64,000 nucleotides of DNA, taken from positions 3,538 through 67,537 of the forward strand of contig JALGVE010000002.1 of NCBI GenBank assembly GCA_029820045.1, written 5' to 3'. Of the stretch, positions 1-9,045 are shown one piece after another. This stretch comes from Candidatus Zipacnadia bacterium (lineage in GTDB: Bacteria > Armatimonadota > Zipacnadia > Zipacnadales > UBA5352). A model generated the notes under the pieces. The model worked only from the letters and a program-made list of their open reading frames with translations. It ran no database searches and was not told the origin of the DNA. How positions within the stretch are numbered: position 1 is the stretch's first letter; each line of letters starts with the position of its first letter. The position numbers and the translations under genes were made by a program.

Positions 1-140
1 CGGCACTGCGGCCACGGCAGCGACGGGTACGCCGCCGCCAGACGGTCCATGTCCTCGGCTGCCGCCTGCCTCGGACCTAGCGCAACTCCCACGATGACTG
101 CGCACACGGCGCCCATCGTCCGGCAATAGTGAGTTCTCAC
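1..140 (-). CDS. 5' part of a probable secreted protein, runs off the window edge
   Basis: Manual translation from GTG at 140 gives MRTHYCRTMGAVCAVIVGVALGPRQAAAEDMDRL..., which looks like a signal peptide with an AAA cleavage site; GAAGGGG lies upstream. Confidence 0.5.
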   Translation of the reverse strand, partial: MRTHYCRTMGAVCAVIVGVALGPRQAAAEDMDRLAAAYPSLPWPQC

Positions 141-498
141 GCTCTCATAACCCCTTCGATCCCCGCTTGGCTCATGCCCAACCCTGCGCCTCATACCGCC
201 GACACACAGACACCTCGCATATATGTGAACGTGTCAGAGCGCGGTGGGTGCTGCGCGAAGACCGGGGCAATGCCTGGGGCGAAGTCACCGCGACCGGGAG
301 AACGCTCCGGCTCACGGCGATCAGTGGCTATAACTTGAGTGCAGATGGAGCTATCAATGATCCGACAGTTGTCTTGCGGCCGCCGGTGAGTCCTCCCGCA
401 ATGGGGATGATCACCGCTCTGTCAACGTCACGCGCCTTGCCGCGGTGATGAGCGTAGCACAACGGGCCCGCTTTTTCAACCCCGCCAGGCCAGGAATT

Positions 499-715
499 CA
501 GGAGCATCGTTTTTGCGGGGGAGCCTGGGGCTGCGCTGTAGGGCGGGGACCTGTTTGTCCCCCGTAGCCTTGGCGAAGGGGGGGCCCCGCCCGCGTGGGG
601 CGCGCCACGGGTGCGCGCCCTACATACGACAGCGGCGCCTGCGGTCCCGCCGAGGCGCGATCGGCGCAATACCGCGGCGAGGCCGTCGAGCGACAGGGCA
701 AAACCGATGCTCCTG
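499..715. mobile_element. MITE-like element, copy 1 (217 bp)
   Basis: Terminal inverted repeats CAGGAGCATCGTTTTT...AAAACCGATGCTCCTG; flanks GGCCAGGAATT/GGCCAGGATGT form an imperfect 11-bp duplication; an inverted homologous copy sits at 37547-37765. Confidence 0.85.
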
Positions 716-723
716 GGCCAGGA

Positions 724-777
724 TGTCAAGGCAAAGTAGAAATGTCCGGTTCTGAGCAATATAGAAATGCCCGGTTT
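724..777 (+). mobile_element. Orphan IS end (IS481/IS1202-like, TGT terminus with internal direct repeats)
   Basis: Starts TGTCAAG, then GCAAAGTAGAAATGTCCGGTT (731-751) and GCAATATAGAAATGCCCGGTT (756-776), 18/21 identical; no transposase follows. Confidence 0.5.
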
Positions 778-809
778 GCTGGGGCGCGCCCTCGGACGTC
801 GTGCCGTCC

Positions 810-918
810 GTAGGTCGAAGCTCCTGCTTCGACTCTGTGGCCGGACGGCAACGGCGTCCGCCTTGAACCCACTTCGTGGGACTATGTCGGAGGAGTCGGA
901 ACAGGAACTCCGACCTAC
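810..918. repeat. GTAG-type REP doublet (inverted pair)
   Basis: GTAGGTCGAAGCTCCTGCTTCGAC ... GTCGGAACAGGAACTCCGACCTAC. Confidence 0.65.
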
Positions 919-1112
919 GTTGCAGGCTGAGAGAGCTCATGCCGCCGCAAGCTGAGAGCGTCTGACTTTCCCGGCTACCGACGACCTTCGCAGGCAGCCG
1001 ACTATACGGGGGGCGCGCTCATAGGCCAATCGAGTGCTCTGGCAGGTCAACGCGCATCCCAGCGCGAAGAAGCGCGCAGTAGACGAAGAACGCGCCAAGG
1101 GGAGCGACAGGA

Positions 1113-3932
1113 ATGCGCATACGATTGCTGGTATTGCTGCTCGCTGTGTTCTTCACCTCCGTGGCGGCCCTCGCCCAGGATGAGCCGACGCACTTCCGCA
1201 AGCGCCACACGCTGTTCATTGAGGCCAAGGCCGGCCAGGAGATAACGCTGGTCATCACCGCCATCCGCGCCAGCCTCGGCTACGCCGACGCGCTGGCGTA
1301 CCGCATCTACGGGCCTACGGGCAAGTCCGCCGCACAGGGGCGCTTTGAGCCGGGCGAGACCGAGACCCTCAGATTCACCCCCGATGTTGACGGCCTTTAC
1401 GTTTTTGACGGCAACCCGGGTATGAACGCCTTCAGCGTGGACGTCCAGGGCGCGGCCTGGGCCGTCAACATCAACGAGACGCGCCAGGTCAACGTCATTG
1501 ACCGTGCCCGCCCGCTCTACTTCTATGTGCCCGAGGATCTTCGAAAGTTCACGCTCACCTTCAACGGTGAAGCGGCGAAGCTGAAGCTGTCTCGTCCCGA
1601 TGGCTCGCAGGCGGCGGCGCAGGATCTGCCGCTGTACGAGACAGTGGTGGTCACTACCCCCGTGGAGCAGGGCCAGAACGGCTGGTGGCGCCTGGAACTC
1701 GAGCTGAGCGAGGACCAGGGCATCAAGTTCCCCGAAGAGATCCCGCCCTACATCGCCGAGGCGCCGCTGAGCGATGAGCTGATGCGTGCGTTGACTGAAG
1801 GCATAGCGGTCGTTGACTTCGACCTGCGGCCCACGCCGCGTCAACAGTTGACCGCGCCGCCAGGCCAGGTCAGCGAAGAGCTTGCGACCGAGGATGGGCT
1901 GGCGCTCGGGTTCACTGACGACGGTCGTCTCGCAAGTGTCAAGGTTGATGGCACGGAACTCAGCGGCGGCGAGGAGGCGCCGCTGCTCGGGTTCTTCGTG
2001 CGCGACGCAGCGAAGGACTCCGACCTGGTGACCTTCCGCGGGAAGCGAGCCGAGGCGCGAGACGCACTCAAGTTCGCGTACACTGCGGAGGGCGCCGACC
2101 TTGCGCTTGACGCCACATTCAAGTCTGCCGCAGACCACATCAATACAGATGTCAGCATCAGGAACCTGACCGAGGGAGATCGCGCGGTCACCGTCTACTT
2201 CGCCCTTCCCTTTCCGGCTGGCGACGCTGTGTGGTGGGATGACATCATCAATACCCGGCCTGCCACGAACAACGCCACCTATGGCGCCTTCCATCGCGCG
2301 TCAGCAGGCGCAAATGGTCACCACTCCGTTTACCCCTTCGGCTGCATCGCGGGCGAGCAGGCGTTGGCTATTGCCATCCCGATGGACTACCCCCTGTACC
2401 ATCGCATCGCAGCCTCCTCCGCGAGCCGCCAGCTTTTCCTGGCGGTGGACCTGGGGTTGACCCAGGCGACCACGAAGTTCCCGAATCGAGCGGACTTCAG
2501 CTTCGTCATCTACCGCTGTGATCCGCGTTGGGGGCTGCGCTCGGCGGCGGAGCGTTACTATCGCATCTTCCCGCAGTTCTTCGAGAGGCGGATGCCTGAG
2601 GACGGCGGGTGGGTCTGCTGGGGCAACTGCGAGGGGATGACCAACCTGGCCGAGCTTGGCTTCAAGTACCACTGGGGCCCGGGCGGACCGGGGGCGGTTG
2701 CCTTCGATGACGCGAACGGTCTCTACTCGTTCCTGTACAACGATTCCGCGCGATACTTCGCGGACATCGGAGAGTTTGATCACCGCCCAACGCGCGAGGA
2801 GGCTGTCGCGGGGATGCGCCGGCTCCTGGATGCGGCGGACCCGCGCGCGCAGATACTCTCTGTTCGCGACCAGGCGACCGGGCGCGGGCGCTATGAGGGC
2901 CGCGAGAAGTCAATGGGCCGCGAGGCCGCCGAGCAATGGCTCAAGGACTCCATCGCGGCCGTTAAGGTATCAGCCGCGCTGGATGGAAATGGGGAGATCG
3001 AGGTCGGCTACTTGACCAACCGGAAGGACTGGGGAGGGGAGGACTGGTGGACGGGCAGATGCTTCTGCAACATTGATCCCGACATCCCTGGCGGTTACGG
3101 GCAATTCTTGTTTGACCGCATTCTCGACCCGACGGTGGCGGAGTATCGGGAGGCAGGCGCGGAGCTTGACGGCTTCGGTCTCGACAATTACTTCTCCAAC
3201 TGCCGCGCGGTGGACTTCTCGCGGGACCACCTGGCTGCATGCGACTACCCGCCACCCTTCGCGACCGGAGACTTTCGACCGGTGGTGGTGGGCGACACCA
3301 TCGTCTACGAATGGACGGCCGAACTCAAGCGGCGGCTGGAGGCCGAGGGCAAGTGGCTGATGGCGAACACCGGTCACCAGCCCTTCCCCTTCGCGCAGCA
3401 TCTGTTGGACATGAACGGCCTGGAGTGGGGCCTGGAGCGAACCGGCCCCCCGACCCGTACCCTGGCGTACCACAAGCAGGTGGTGACGCTGCCGGTCAAG
3501 CCCGAGCACTATGAGGAGCCGTTCATCAAGGCGCACCTGCCGATGGCTGCCTTCCCCGGTGGCTACGCCAGCAAGACGCGCTTCGCGCCTGGTACACCGG
3601 TCGCCGCGCTCTATGCCAAGTACGTCCCCATCATCAAGCGCATGAACACAGCCGGCTGGGAGCCGGTGCCGTGGGCGACGAGCGACGTGCCGGAGGTCAG
3701 CATCGAGCGCTTCGGGACGAAGTTGCCGATGCTCTTCAGCCTGCACAACCGAGGCGAGGAGGCGTGCGCGGCAGGCATCACCGTGGAGCTTGATGCCCTC
3801 GGGGTGGCTTCTGCTCGCTCCGCGCGTGACGTAGTGACAGGCCAGGACCTTGCCGCAAAGCTAGTGGGCGGCAAGCTTTCCTTTGCAGTTCAGCTTCCCG
3901 CCGCTGACAGCACGGTCGTAGAGGTGCGCTGA
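1113..3932 (+). CDS. Large secreted protein, putative glycoside hydrolase (beta-sandwich N-terminal domains plus TIM-barrel-like catalytic region)
   Basis: 939-aa ORF with strong GC3 bias and signal peptide MRIRLLVLLLAVFFTSVAALA; 'LDGFGLDN' and 'WLMANT' resemble GH clan barrel strands; first gene of a sugar-catabolic run. Confidence 0.65.
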   Translation: MRIRLLVLLLAVFFTSVAALAQDEPTHFRKRHTLFIEAKAGQEITLVITAIRASLGYADALAYRIYGPTGKSAAQGRFEPGETETLRFTPDVDGLYVFDGNPGMNAFSVDVQGAAWAVNINETRQVNVIDRARPLYFYVPEDLRKFTLTFNGEAAKLKLSRPDGSQAAAQDLPLYETVVVTTPVEQGQNGWWRLELELSEDQGIKFPEEIPPYIAEAPLSDELMRALTEGIAVVDFDLRPTPRQQLTAPPGQVSEELATEDGLALGFTDDGRLASVKVDGTELSGGEEAPLLGFFVRDAAKDSDLVTFRGKRAEARDALKFAYTAEGADLALDATFKSAADHINTDVSIRNLTEGDRAVTVYFALPFPAGDAVWWDDIINTRPATNNATYGAFHRASAGANGHHSVYPFGCIAGEQALAIAIPMDYPLYHRIAASSASRQLFLAVDLGLTQATTKFPNRADFSFVIYRCDPRWGLRSAAERYYRIFPQFFERRMPEDGGWVCWGNCEGMTNLAELGFKYHWGPGGPGAVAFDDANGLYSFLYNDSARYFADIGEFDHRPTREEAVAGMRRLLDAADPRAQILSVRDQATGRGRYEGREKSMGREAAEQWLKDSIAAVKVSAALDGNGEIEVGYLTNRKDWGGEDWWTGRCFCNIDPDIPGGYGQFLFDRILDPTVAEYREAGAELDGFGLDNYFSNCRAVDFSRDHLAACDYPPPFATGDFRPVVVGDTIVYEWTAELKRRLEAEGKWLMANTGHQPFPFAQHLLDMNGLEWGLERTGPPTRTLAYHKQVVTLPVKPEHYEEPFIKAHLPMAAFPGGYASKTRFAPGTPVAALYAKYVPIIKRMNTAGWEPVPWATSDVPEVSIERFGTKLPMLFSLHNRGEEACAAGITVELDALGVASARSARDVVTGQDLAAKLVGGKLSFAVQLPAADSTVVEVR

Positions 3933-6550
3933 TGCTGAGACGAACGTCTTGGTTGGTTCTCCTTGGGCTGTGCAGCTTCGCCTGGGGCCAGGACTTCCAA
4001 CCCGCGCATTACCGCCTGTCGGTCTACCTCCACGCCGGCAATCAGCCGTACAGTGTCCGCTACGGTCGGTGTGTGTACGACCTCTCAGAGCAGAGGTGGT
4101 GGGACAAGCTCTTCGGGGAGCTGAGCCGCATCGGCATCAACTCGATGACCTTTCACTCGGCCTACCGGCCCGCCGGCGCGCTCTATGAGCCGCTGAATCC
4201 CGACCTGCCGCGCAGCGATGAGTGGCAGGGCCTGAAGCCGGTCGAGATGTTCCTGGGCACCTGTCGCAGGTTCAGGATGGAGGGCTTCCTGGGCATCTAT
4301 CTGGGCCACGCGATGAAGGAGCCGTACCCGCTGGCGGAGGCTGTGGTGAGGGACCTCATCGCCAGGTTCGGGCGCGAGCCGGCGTTCGATGGCATTGTCC
4401 TGCCCATCGAGGCCTCCGAGCAGTACGGCCTGAGCGATGCGCAGATGGCGCGGCTTGCCGAGCTTGCCCGCTCGCTCAAGCCGGGGCTGAAGACCATGGA
4501 CTACCCCTTCGGCCCCTTCGGAGCGCAGGTGCTTCGCTCTGTCCTGGCGCGCTACCAGGCGGACGCGGTGGACGTCTACAACGTCCAGTTCTACCTCAAG
4601 AGCCCGAACTTCCACTCGATGCTCGGGCCGCGCGGCTGCACGCGGGTCATCATGGGCTGCCTGCCCAAGGCCGAACCCATCATTCACACCCACTACCTCG
4701 AGAAGGGCGGGCAGTGGATCAGCCAGGCAGACGCCTACTGGGTTCGCCAGGGCGTGCTGCTGACCGCGACGCCGCACGGGGAGTCCATCTGGTCCTACCT
4801 GCATGGGTTCTGGGGCGTCCAGCACTGGCAGGAGCCGACCGATGCCCTCTGGCGGCGGATGGCTTGGTATCAGGGGCTGCTGGCTATGCAGCGCCTGGAG
4901 CCGTTCTTCGCCGGAGCACAGGCGGTGAGTCCGGTCGCCATCTTCGTCCCCTTGAACACACAGCTTGGGGCCCTGCAGCTTGCGAACTACTACTGGGCGC
5001 CGCTGGCCGCCGGTGGTCTGGCGCCGGATGTCGTGTCCGGCGCCGATGCTGAACTCGGGCAGTATGAGTGCGTCGTGGTGGCATCGCTGGGCGCTCTGAC
5101 CGAGACCGAGGCAGCTTCCCTTCGCGCCTACGCGGAAGCTGGCGGAAACCTGATCATTACGCCTCGCCAGGGCGAGCCGGCGGCGCCTCGGCCGGAGCTG
5201 TCAGCGCGCGCGCAGCGCATTATTGGCGTTGACGCCGCGCAGCTCGCCACGGCGCACTCCCTGTGGGAGCGAGCTCAGGTCACTGCGCCCATGCTGGGCG
5301 TTCGGCCCGGACCTGTTGAGCGGACAACGACCGTCCCCGCTGGTAAGGGGACTATCACCCTCGCGCCCGTCACGTACGACTGGCTGAAGGCCAACCTGTC
5401 CGCCACCGTGGGCGGCGTGCTGTCCGCGACACTGACCTCAGAGGGCCTCGGTGAGGACTACATCCTCGAGCAGTGGGCGAAGGACGAGGGCTCCAGCGCG
5501 CATCGGCTGATCCTGTGCATGGCCGCGCGAGAGGGAGCAACCAGCGAGGGCGCCCGTCTTCGCCTCCCCCTCGAGAAGGCCCCGCGCCACGTCGCCTTCA
5601 TGGCCCCGGAGCGCAGCGAGCTGCTCAATGCCCGCTACGAAGGCGGCGAGTTGACCGTCGAGCTTCCGCCGCTGGACGACTCGTTCGGCGCGGTGGTGCT
5701 GACCGACGGGACGTATCCCGTGCTGATGCCGGCGCACGAGATCATCGAATGCAAGGCGGCGGACACGGTCAATGCGCCGTGCTCGCTGCTCAACCTGACC
5801 GGCGAGACCCTCACGGGCGTGCTCACCGTGGACGCCCCGGCAGGCTTCAGGCTGCTCACCCGCGCGAGGCAGAGATACTCCATCGCGCCGGGCGAGAAGG
5901 CCGGGTTTGAAGTGACCCTGCGGCCTCCGGCGGGCGTGACGCGTGAGCCGCACATCATTATCTACCGCACGCGCGGCCTGGTTCAGCGCACGGTCATCCT
6001 GCCGACCGACGGGGCCCAGCGCGTCATCACCGACCTGGAGCTGACACCGGAGGAGTACGTCGCGGCGGCGGAACACAGGTCCTGGCCTGATGACACCGAG
6101 GCGCTGGGCGTGACGGCGGGAGAGGGCAATGACACCAACTATCGCCGCACGCCCGGCGTCGCCTTCTTCCAGCCGGTTGAATGGGATGAACCTGTCGAGC
6201 ACCTGGGCAGGATGGCGCGCTTCGGCGAGGTGCTGCCGCGCTTGGGCGGGCCGAACTTCGTCATCAATGGCCTGGACCAGCGCTCTGACTGGATAGTGGC
6301 GGTGACCTATCAGTCAGACACGGGCGCAACAGTGAAGGTCTATGATGGAGACAACTACCTGAAGCTGGCCGACCTTCCCGCGGGCGCGGGCTGGCAGACC
6401 GTGGAGGCCAAGCTGACGGCGAAGATGCTGAAGGAGGGAGCGATGGACCGCGGCTCGGGGCCGGGGTGGGACCTCCTGTGCGCCTTCGAGAACGGGAGCC
6501 TCTGGATGCATCGAATCGAGGTCCACCGCGCCGCAGCCGCGGAAGATTGA
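3932..6550 (+). CDS. Secreted putative glycoside hydrolase (DUF4434-like barrel, trimerisation/GATase-like domain, Ig-like domains)
   Basis: 872 aa, signal peptide, start overlaps the upstream stop (TGATG); 'WWDKLFGELSRIGINSM', 'SLRAYAEAGGNLII'. Confidence 0.6.
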   Translation: MLRRTSWLVLLGLCSFAWGQDFQPAHYRLSVYLHAGNQPYSVRYGRCVYDLSEQRWWDKLFGELSRIGINSMTFHSAYRPAGALYEPLNPDLPRSDEWQGLKPVEMFLGTCRRFRMEGFLGIYLGHAMKEPYPLAEAVVRDLIARFGREPAFDGIVLPIEASEQYGLSDAQMARLAELARSLKPGLKTMDYPFGPFGAQVLRSVLARYQADAVDVYNVQFYLKSPNFHSMLGPRGCTRVIMGCLPKAEPIIHTHYLEKGGQWISQADAYWVRQGVLLTATPHGESIWSYLHGFWGVQHWQEPTDALWRRMAWYQGLLAMQRLEPFFAGAQAVSPVAIFVPLNTQLGALQLANYYWAPLAAGGLAPDVVSGADAELGQYECVVVASLGALTETEAASLRAYAEAGGNLIITPRQGEPAAPRPELSARAQRIIGVDAAQLATAHSLWERAQVTAPMLGVRPGPVERTTTVPAGKGTITLAPVTYDWLKANLSATVGGVLSATLTSEGLGEDYILEQWAKDEGSSAHRLILCMAAREGATSEGARLRLPLEKAPRHVAFMAPERSELLNARYEGGELTVELPPLDDSFGAVVLTDGTYPVLMPAHEIIECKAADTVNAPCSLLNLTGETLTGVLTVDAPAGFRLLTRARQRYSIAPGEKAGFEVTLRPPAGVTREPHIIIYRTRGLVQRTVILPTDGAQRVITDLELTPEEYVAAAEHRSWPDDTEALGVTAGEGNDTNYRRTPGVAFFQPVEWDEPVEHLGRMARFGEVLPRLGGPNFVINGLDQRSDWIVAVTYQSDTGATVKVYDGDNYLKLADLPAGAGWQTVEAKLTAKMLKEGAMDRGSGPGWDLLCAFENGSLWMHRIEVHRAAAAED

Positions 6551-6654
6551 GGTCCTCGCGAAGGAGGTGCCGCGAGTGCGGGGAGGAATTGCGCCGCGAT
6601 GAAGCAGGCCCGACTTGTTTGAGATCGAGACCATTATGATGCGGGGCCCGCACA

Positions 6655-7620
6655 GTGCGGTATTTCCTGGGAATTGACGGCGGCGGCTCGAAATGCGATG
6701 CCGTCGTGATTGACGAGAGTGGGGTGGTGCGTGGATGGGGCAGGGGTGGCCCAACCACGTACGTCAGCCCGGAGGCCGCGGCCACGGCCTCGCGAGAGGC
6801 GCTGGCCGAGGCGCTGGGCAATCTGTCGGTGTCCGAGCTTTGGATGGGCGCGATCTGCACGAGCGTGTACGCCACCGATTGGCTCAAGGACCGGGGCACG
6901 ACCGTGCATCGCTTCCTGATTGATGAGACTGACGCCTGCTTTGCGGCAGCGGGCAGGACCTGGGGCGTGATGGTTCACGCCGGCACGGGCTCATGGGTGC
7001 AGGGTCGCACGGCGGATGGCAGGCAGGCTCGTGTCGGGGGCATGGGGCCGATCGTCGGCGACGACGGCAGCGGTTGGGACATTGGACTGCGCGGCATCAA
7101 GGCGGCCCTGCGGTCATCGTGGTCGGCGCGGACTCAGACTAGCCTCGCGGAGGCGGTGCCGCCTGTGCTCGGCGTGTCGCGCCTGGGCTCAATAGTTGGC
7201 CGTCCCATCACTACCGGCCAGGTAACGCGCGCGCAGATTGCGGCAGTCGCCCCCGTCGTGGTCAGCGAAGCCGCCCGGGGCGATGCCGTTGCGATAAGAG
7301 CCTTGGAGCAGGCGGCCGCCTCACTTGCCGAGCTGTGCGAGCTGGTCCTGGATGAGCTGCAGATAATCGGCCAGGGCTACCCGCTCATCGGCATGGCCGG
7401 TGTCATCCAGGGCGCGCCCCTGTACTGGCGGCTGTTTTCCGAGAGGATGCTGGAGTGCGACCCGACGCTTGTGCCCGAGGTACCAACGCTGAAGATGGCC
7501 GTCGGGGCGGCGCTGGAGGCCATGCGGCGGGCAGGTGTCGAAGTTAGCCCTGACCTGCGAGGCCAGGTCGCGAAGACCCAAGCTGCGTTCGCGGCCTCCC
7601 AGGTCGCAGCGTGCGAGTGA
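6655..7620 (+). CDS. BadF/BadG/BcrA/BcrD-type ATPase, N-acetylglucosamine-kinase-like
   Basis: LGIDGGGSKC, AGTGS and GDDGSGWDIG motifs. Confidence 0.85.
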   Translation: MRYFLGIDGGGSKCDAVVIDESGVVRGWGRGGPTTYVSPEAAATASREALAEALGNLSVSELWMGAICTSVYATDWLKDRGTTVHRFLIDETDACFAAAGRTWGVMVHAGTGSWVQGRTADGRQARVGGMGPIVGDDGSGWDIGLRGIKAALRSSWSARTQTSLAEAVPPVLGVSRLGSIVGRPITTGQVTRAQIAAVAPVVVSEAARGDAVAIRALEQAAASLAELCELVLDELQIIGQGYPLIGMAGVIQGAPLYWRLFSERMLECDPTLVPEVPTLKMAVGAALEAMRRAGVEVSPDLRGQVAKTQAAFAASQVAACE

Positions 7621-7670
7621 GACGCGCGTTGGGGAGGCGCATGGACCACCGCATGGGGCGGCCGGATGGA

Positions 7671-7913
7671 GAGGGTCGTATGGAGTGGCCGGGCTTCAGC
7701 CCTCGGCGACGGAGGGTCGTATGGAGTGGCCGGCCTTCAGCCCTCGGCCACGGAGGGTCGTATGGAGTGGCCGGGCTTCAGCCCTCGGCGACGGAGGGTT
7801 GTGTGGAGTGGCCGGCCTTCAGCCCTCGGCGACGGAGGGTTGTATGGAGTGGCCGGCCTTGAGCCCTCGGCCACGGAGGGTCGTATGGAGTGGCCGGGCT
7901 TTAGCTCGGCCAC
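7671..7913. repeat. Tandem array of six 41-bp units
   Basis: Unit GAGGGTCGTATGGAGTGGCCGGGCTTCAGCCCTCGGCGACG starting at 7671, 7712, 7753, 7794, 7835 and 7876; no spacers. Confidence 0.95.
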
Positions 7914-7988
7914 GCAAACCAGGGCAAGAGCAGCCCCCCCGCATGACAGATGGAACGCCGGAAGGCACGACCGGTACGTTTGGAGGCG

Positions 7989-8735
7989 ATGGTCTTGCTC
8001 CAGATGGAGTACTTGCAGAGAGTTCGCCAGCTCGTGGATGACATTGAGGCGAGGTCAGCGGCGCAGACTGATGCGGCGGCCGAGGCCATCGCTAACGCCT
8101 TGGTGGCCGGGAATGAGTTCTACATCAGCCCTCTGGGACACGGGTTGACCGGGGACCTCCTGCACCGGGCCGGCGGCATGTTTGCAGCGCGACCGTTCAG
8201 CTTCTCCTTCAGCGTCAACGACGGCGGCGCGGGAGCGGGCGGGGAACGCGAGCGCGGCGAGCCTTTCGATACGGAGACTGAGGCGGCCCGGTTGGCCGTG
8301 CGCAGCAGCCGCATGCGCGCGGGCGATTGCATCGTCGTCGGCTCGGTCTCCGGGCGCAGCGTGCGGCCGGTCTCCTTGGCCATCGCCGCGCGGGAGATAG
8401 GCGCCACCGTCATCGGCGTCACCTCGTTGGAATACAGCTCGCGGACGGCGCCGATCCATCCCTCAGGCAAGCGCCTCAGCGAGGTCTGCGACATCGTGAT
8501 TGACCTCTGTGTCCCGTACGGAGACGCCGCGCTGGCGGTCGAGGGGCTGCCTGAACCAGTCATCCCCATCTCCGGCGTTGCGACGCTCATGGTCGGTTGG
8601 ATGATCTGCGCCCAGGTCGCCGAGAAGCTGCTGGCGCGCGGTCTGCAGCCCACCTTCTACATGAGCGTCAATCGGCCCGAGGGCCGGGAACACAACGAGA
8701 GAATGCAGCAGCAGTTCGACCGGCAGGGGTACTGA
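7989..8735 (+). CDS. SIS-domain (sugar isomerase, UPF0309-like) protein
   Basis: GGAGG RBS before ATG 7989; 'GSVSGRS', 'GVTSLEYS', 'HPSGKRLSEVCDIVID', 'PYGDA'. Confidence 0.85.
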   Translation: MVLLQMEYLQRVRQLVDDIEARSAAQTDAAAEAIANALVAGNEFYISPLGHGLTGDLLHRAGGMFAARPFSFSFSVNDGGAGAGGERERGEPFDTETEAARLAVRSSRMRAGDCIVVGSVSGRSVRPVSLAIAAREIGATVIGVTSLEYSSRTAPIHPSGKRLSEVCDIVIDLCVPYGDAALAVEGLPEPVIPISGVATLMVGWMICAQVAEKLLARGLQPTFYMSVNRPEGREHNERMQQQFDRQGY

Positions 8736-9045
8736 GGGTGCCTCGGAGGAATGCAGATGACTTGGCGGCGGAGCAACGTCGTTGCCGTCGGGAGAGGCCG
8801 TCCGAGGGCGCGCCTGCGAGCGGTTGTGCGCGAGCAGGAGCGCACGACGCCGGCCCGCGCAAGACCGCTGCACGCCGGCCTGCCCGAGGGCCACGTCGGA
8901 CCTGCACCCGGCGGCAGACGCGGGCCGACCTCACCCCGCCCTGCGGGCGGGGTTCGTGCGGCCCCTCCGCTGCACGGCGCGGCGTCATGCCGAGACCATC
9001 GGCTTTCGACTGGGCACTAAACACTTGCTCAAGGAGTTGAGTGAC

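Noticed and set aside
129..1100. Short ORFs in the first intergenic kilobase
   Set aside because: They overlap MITE, REP and IS-end sequence and lack coding bias or an RBS.
7671..7913. Possible CRISPR array
   Set aside because: Units are contiguous 41-mers with no unique spacers, and there are no cas genes in the window.
8751..9045. ORF 8751-9020 and the N-terminal extension of ORF 8782-9783
   Set aside because: Arg/Pro/Gly-rich translation typical of GC-rich non-coding DNA; the SIS gene has a clear RBS at ATG 9046.
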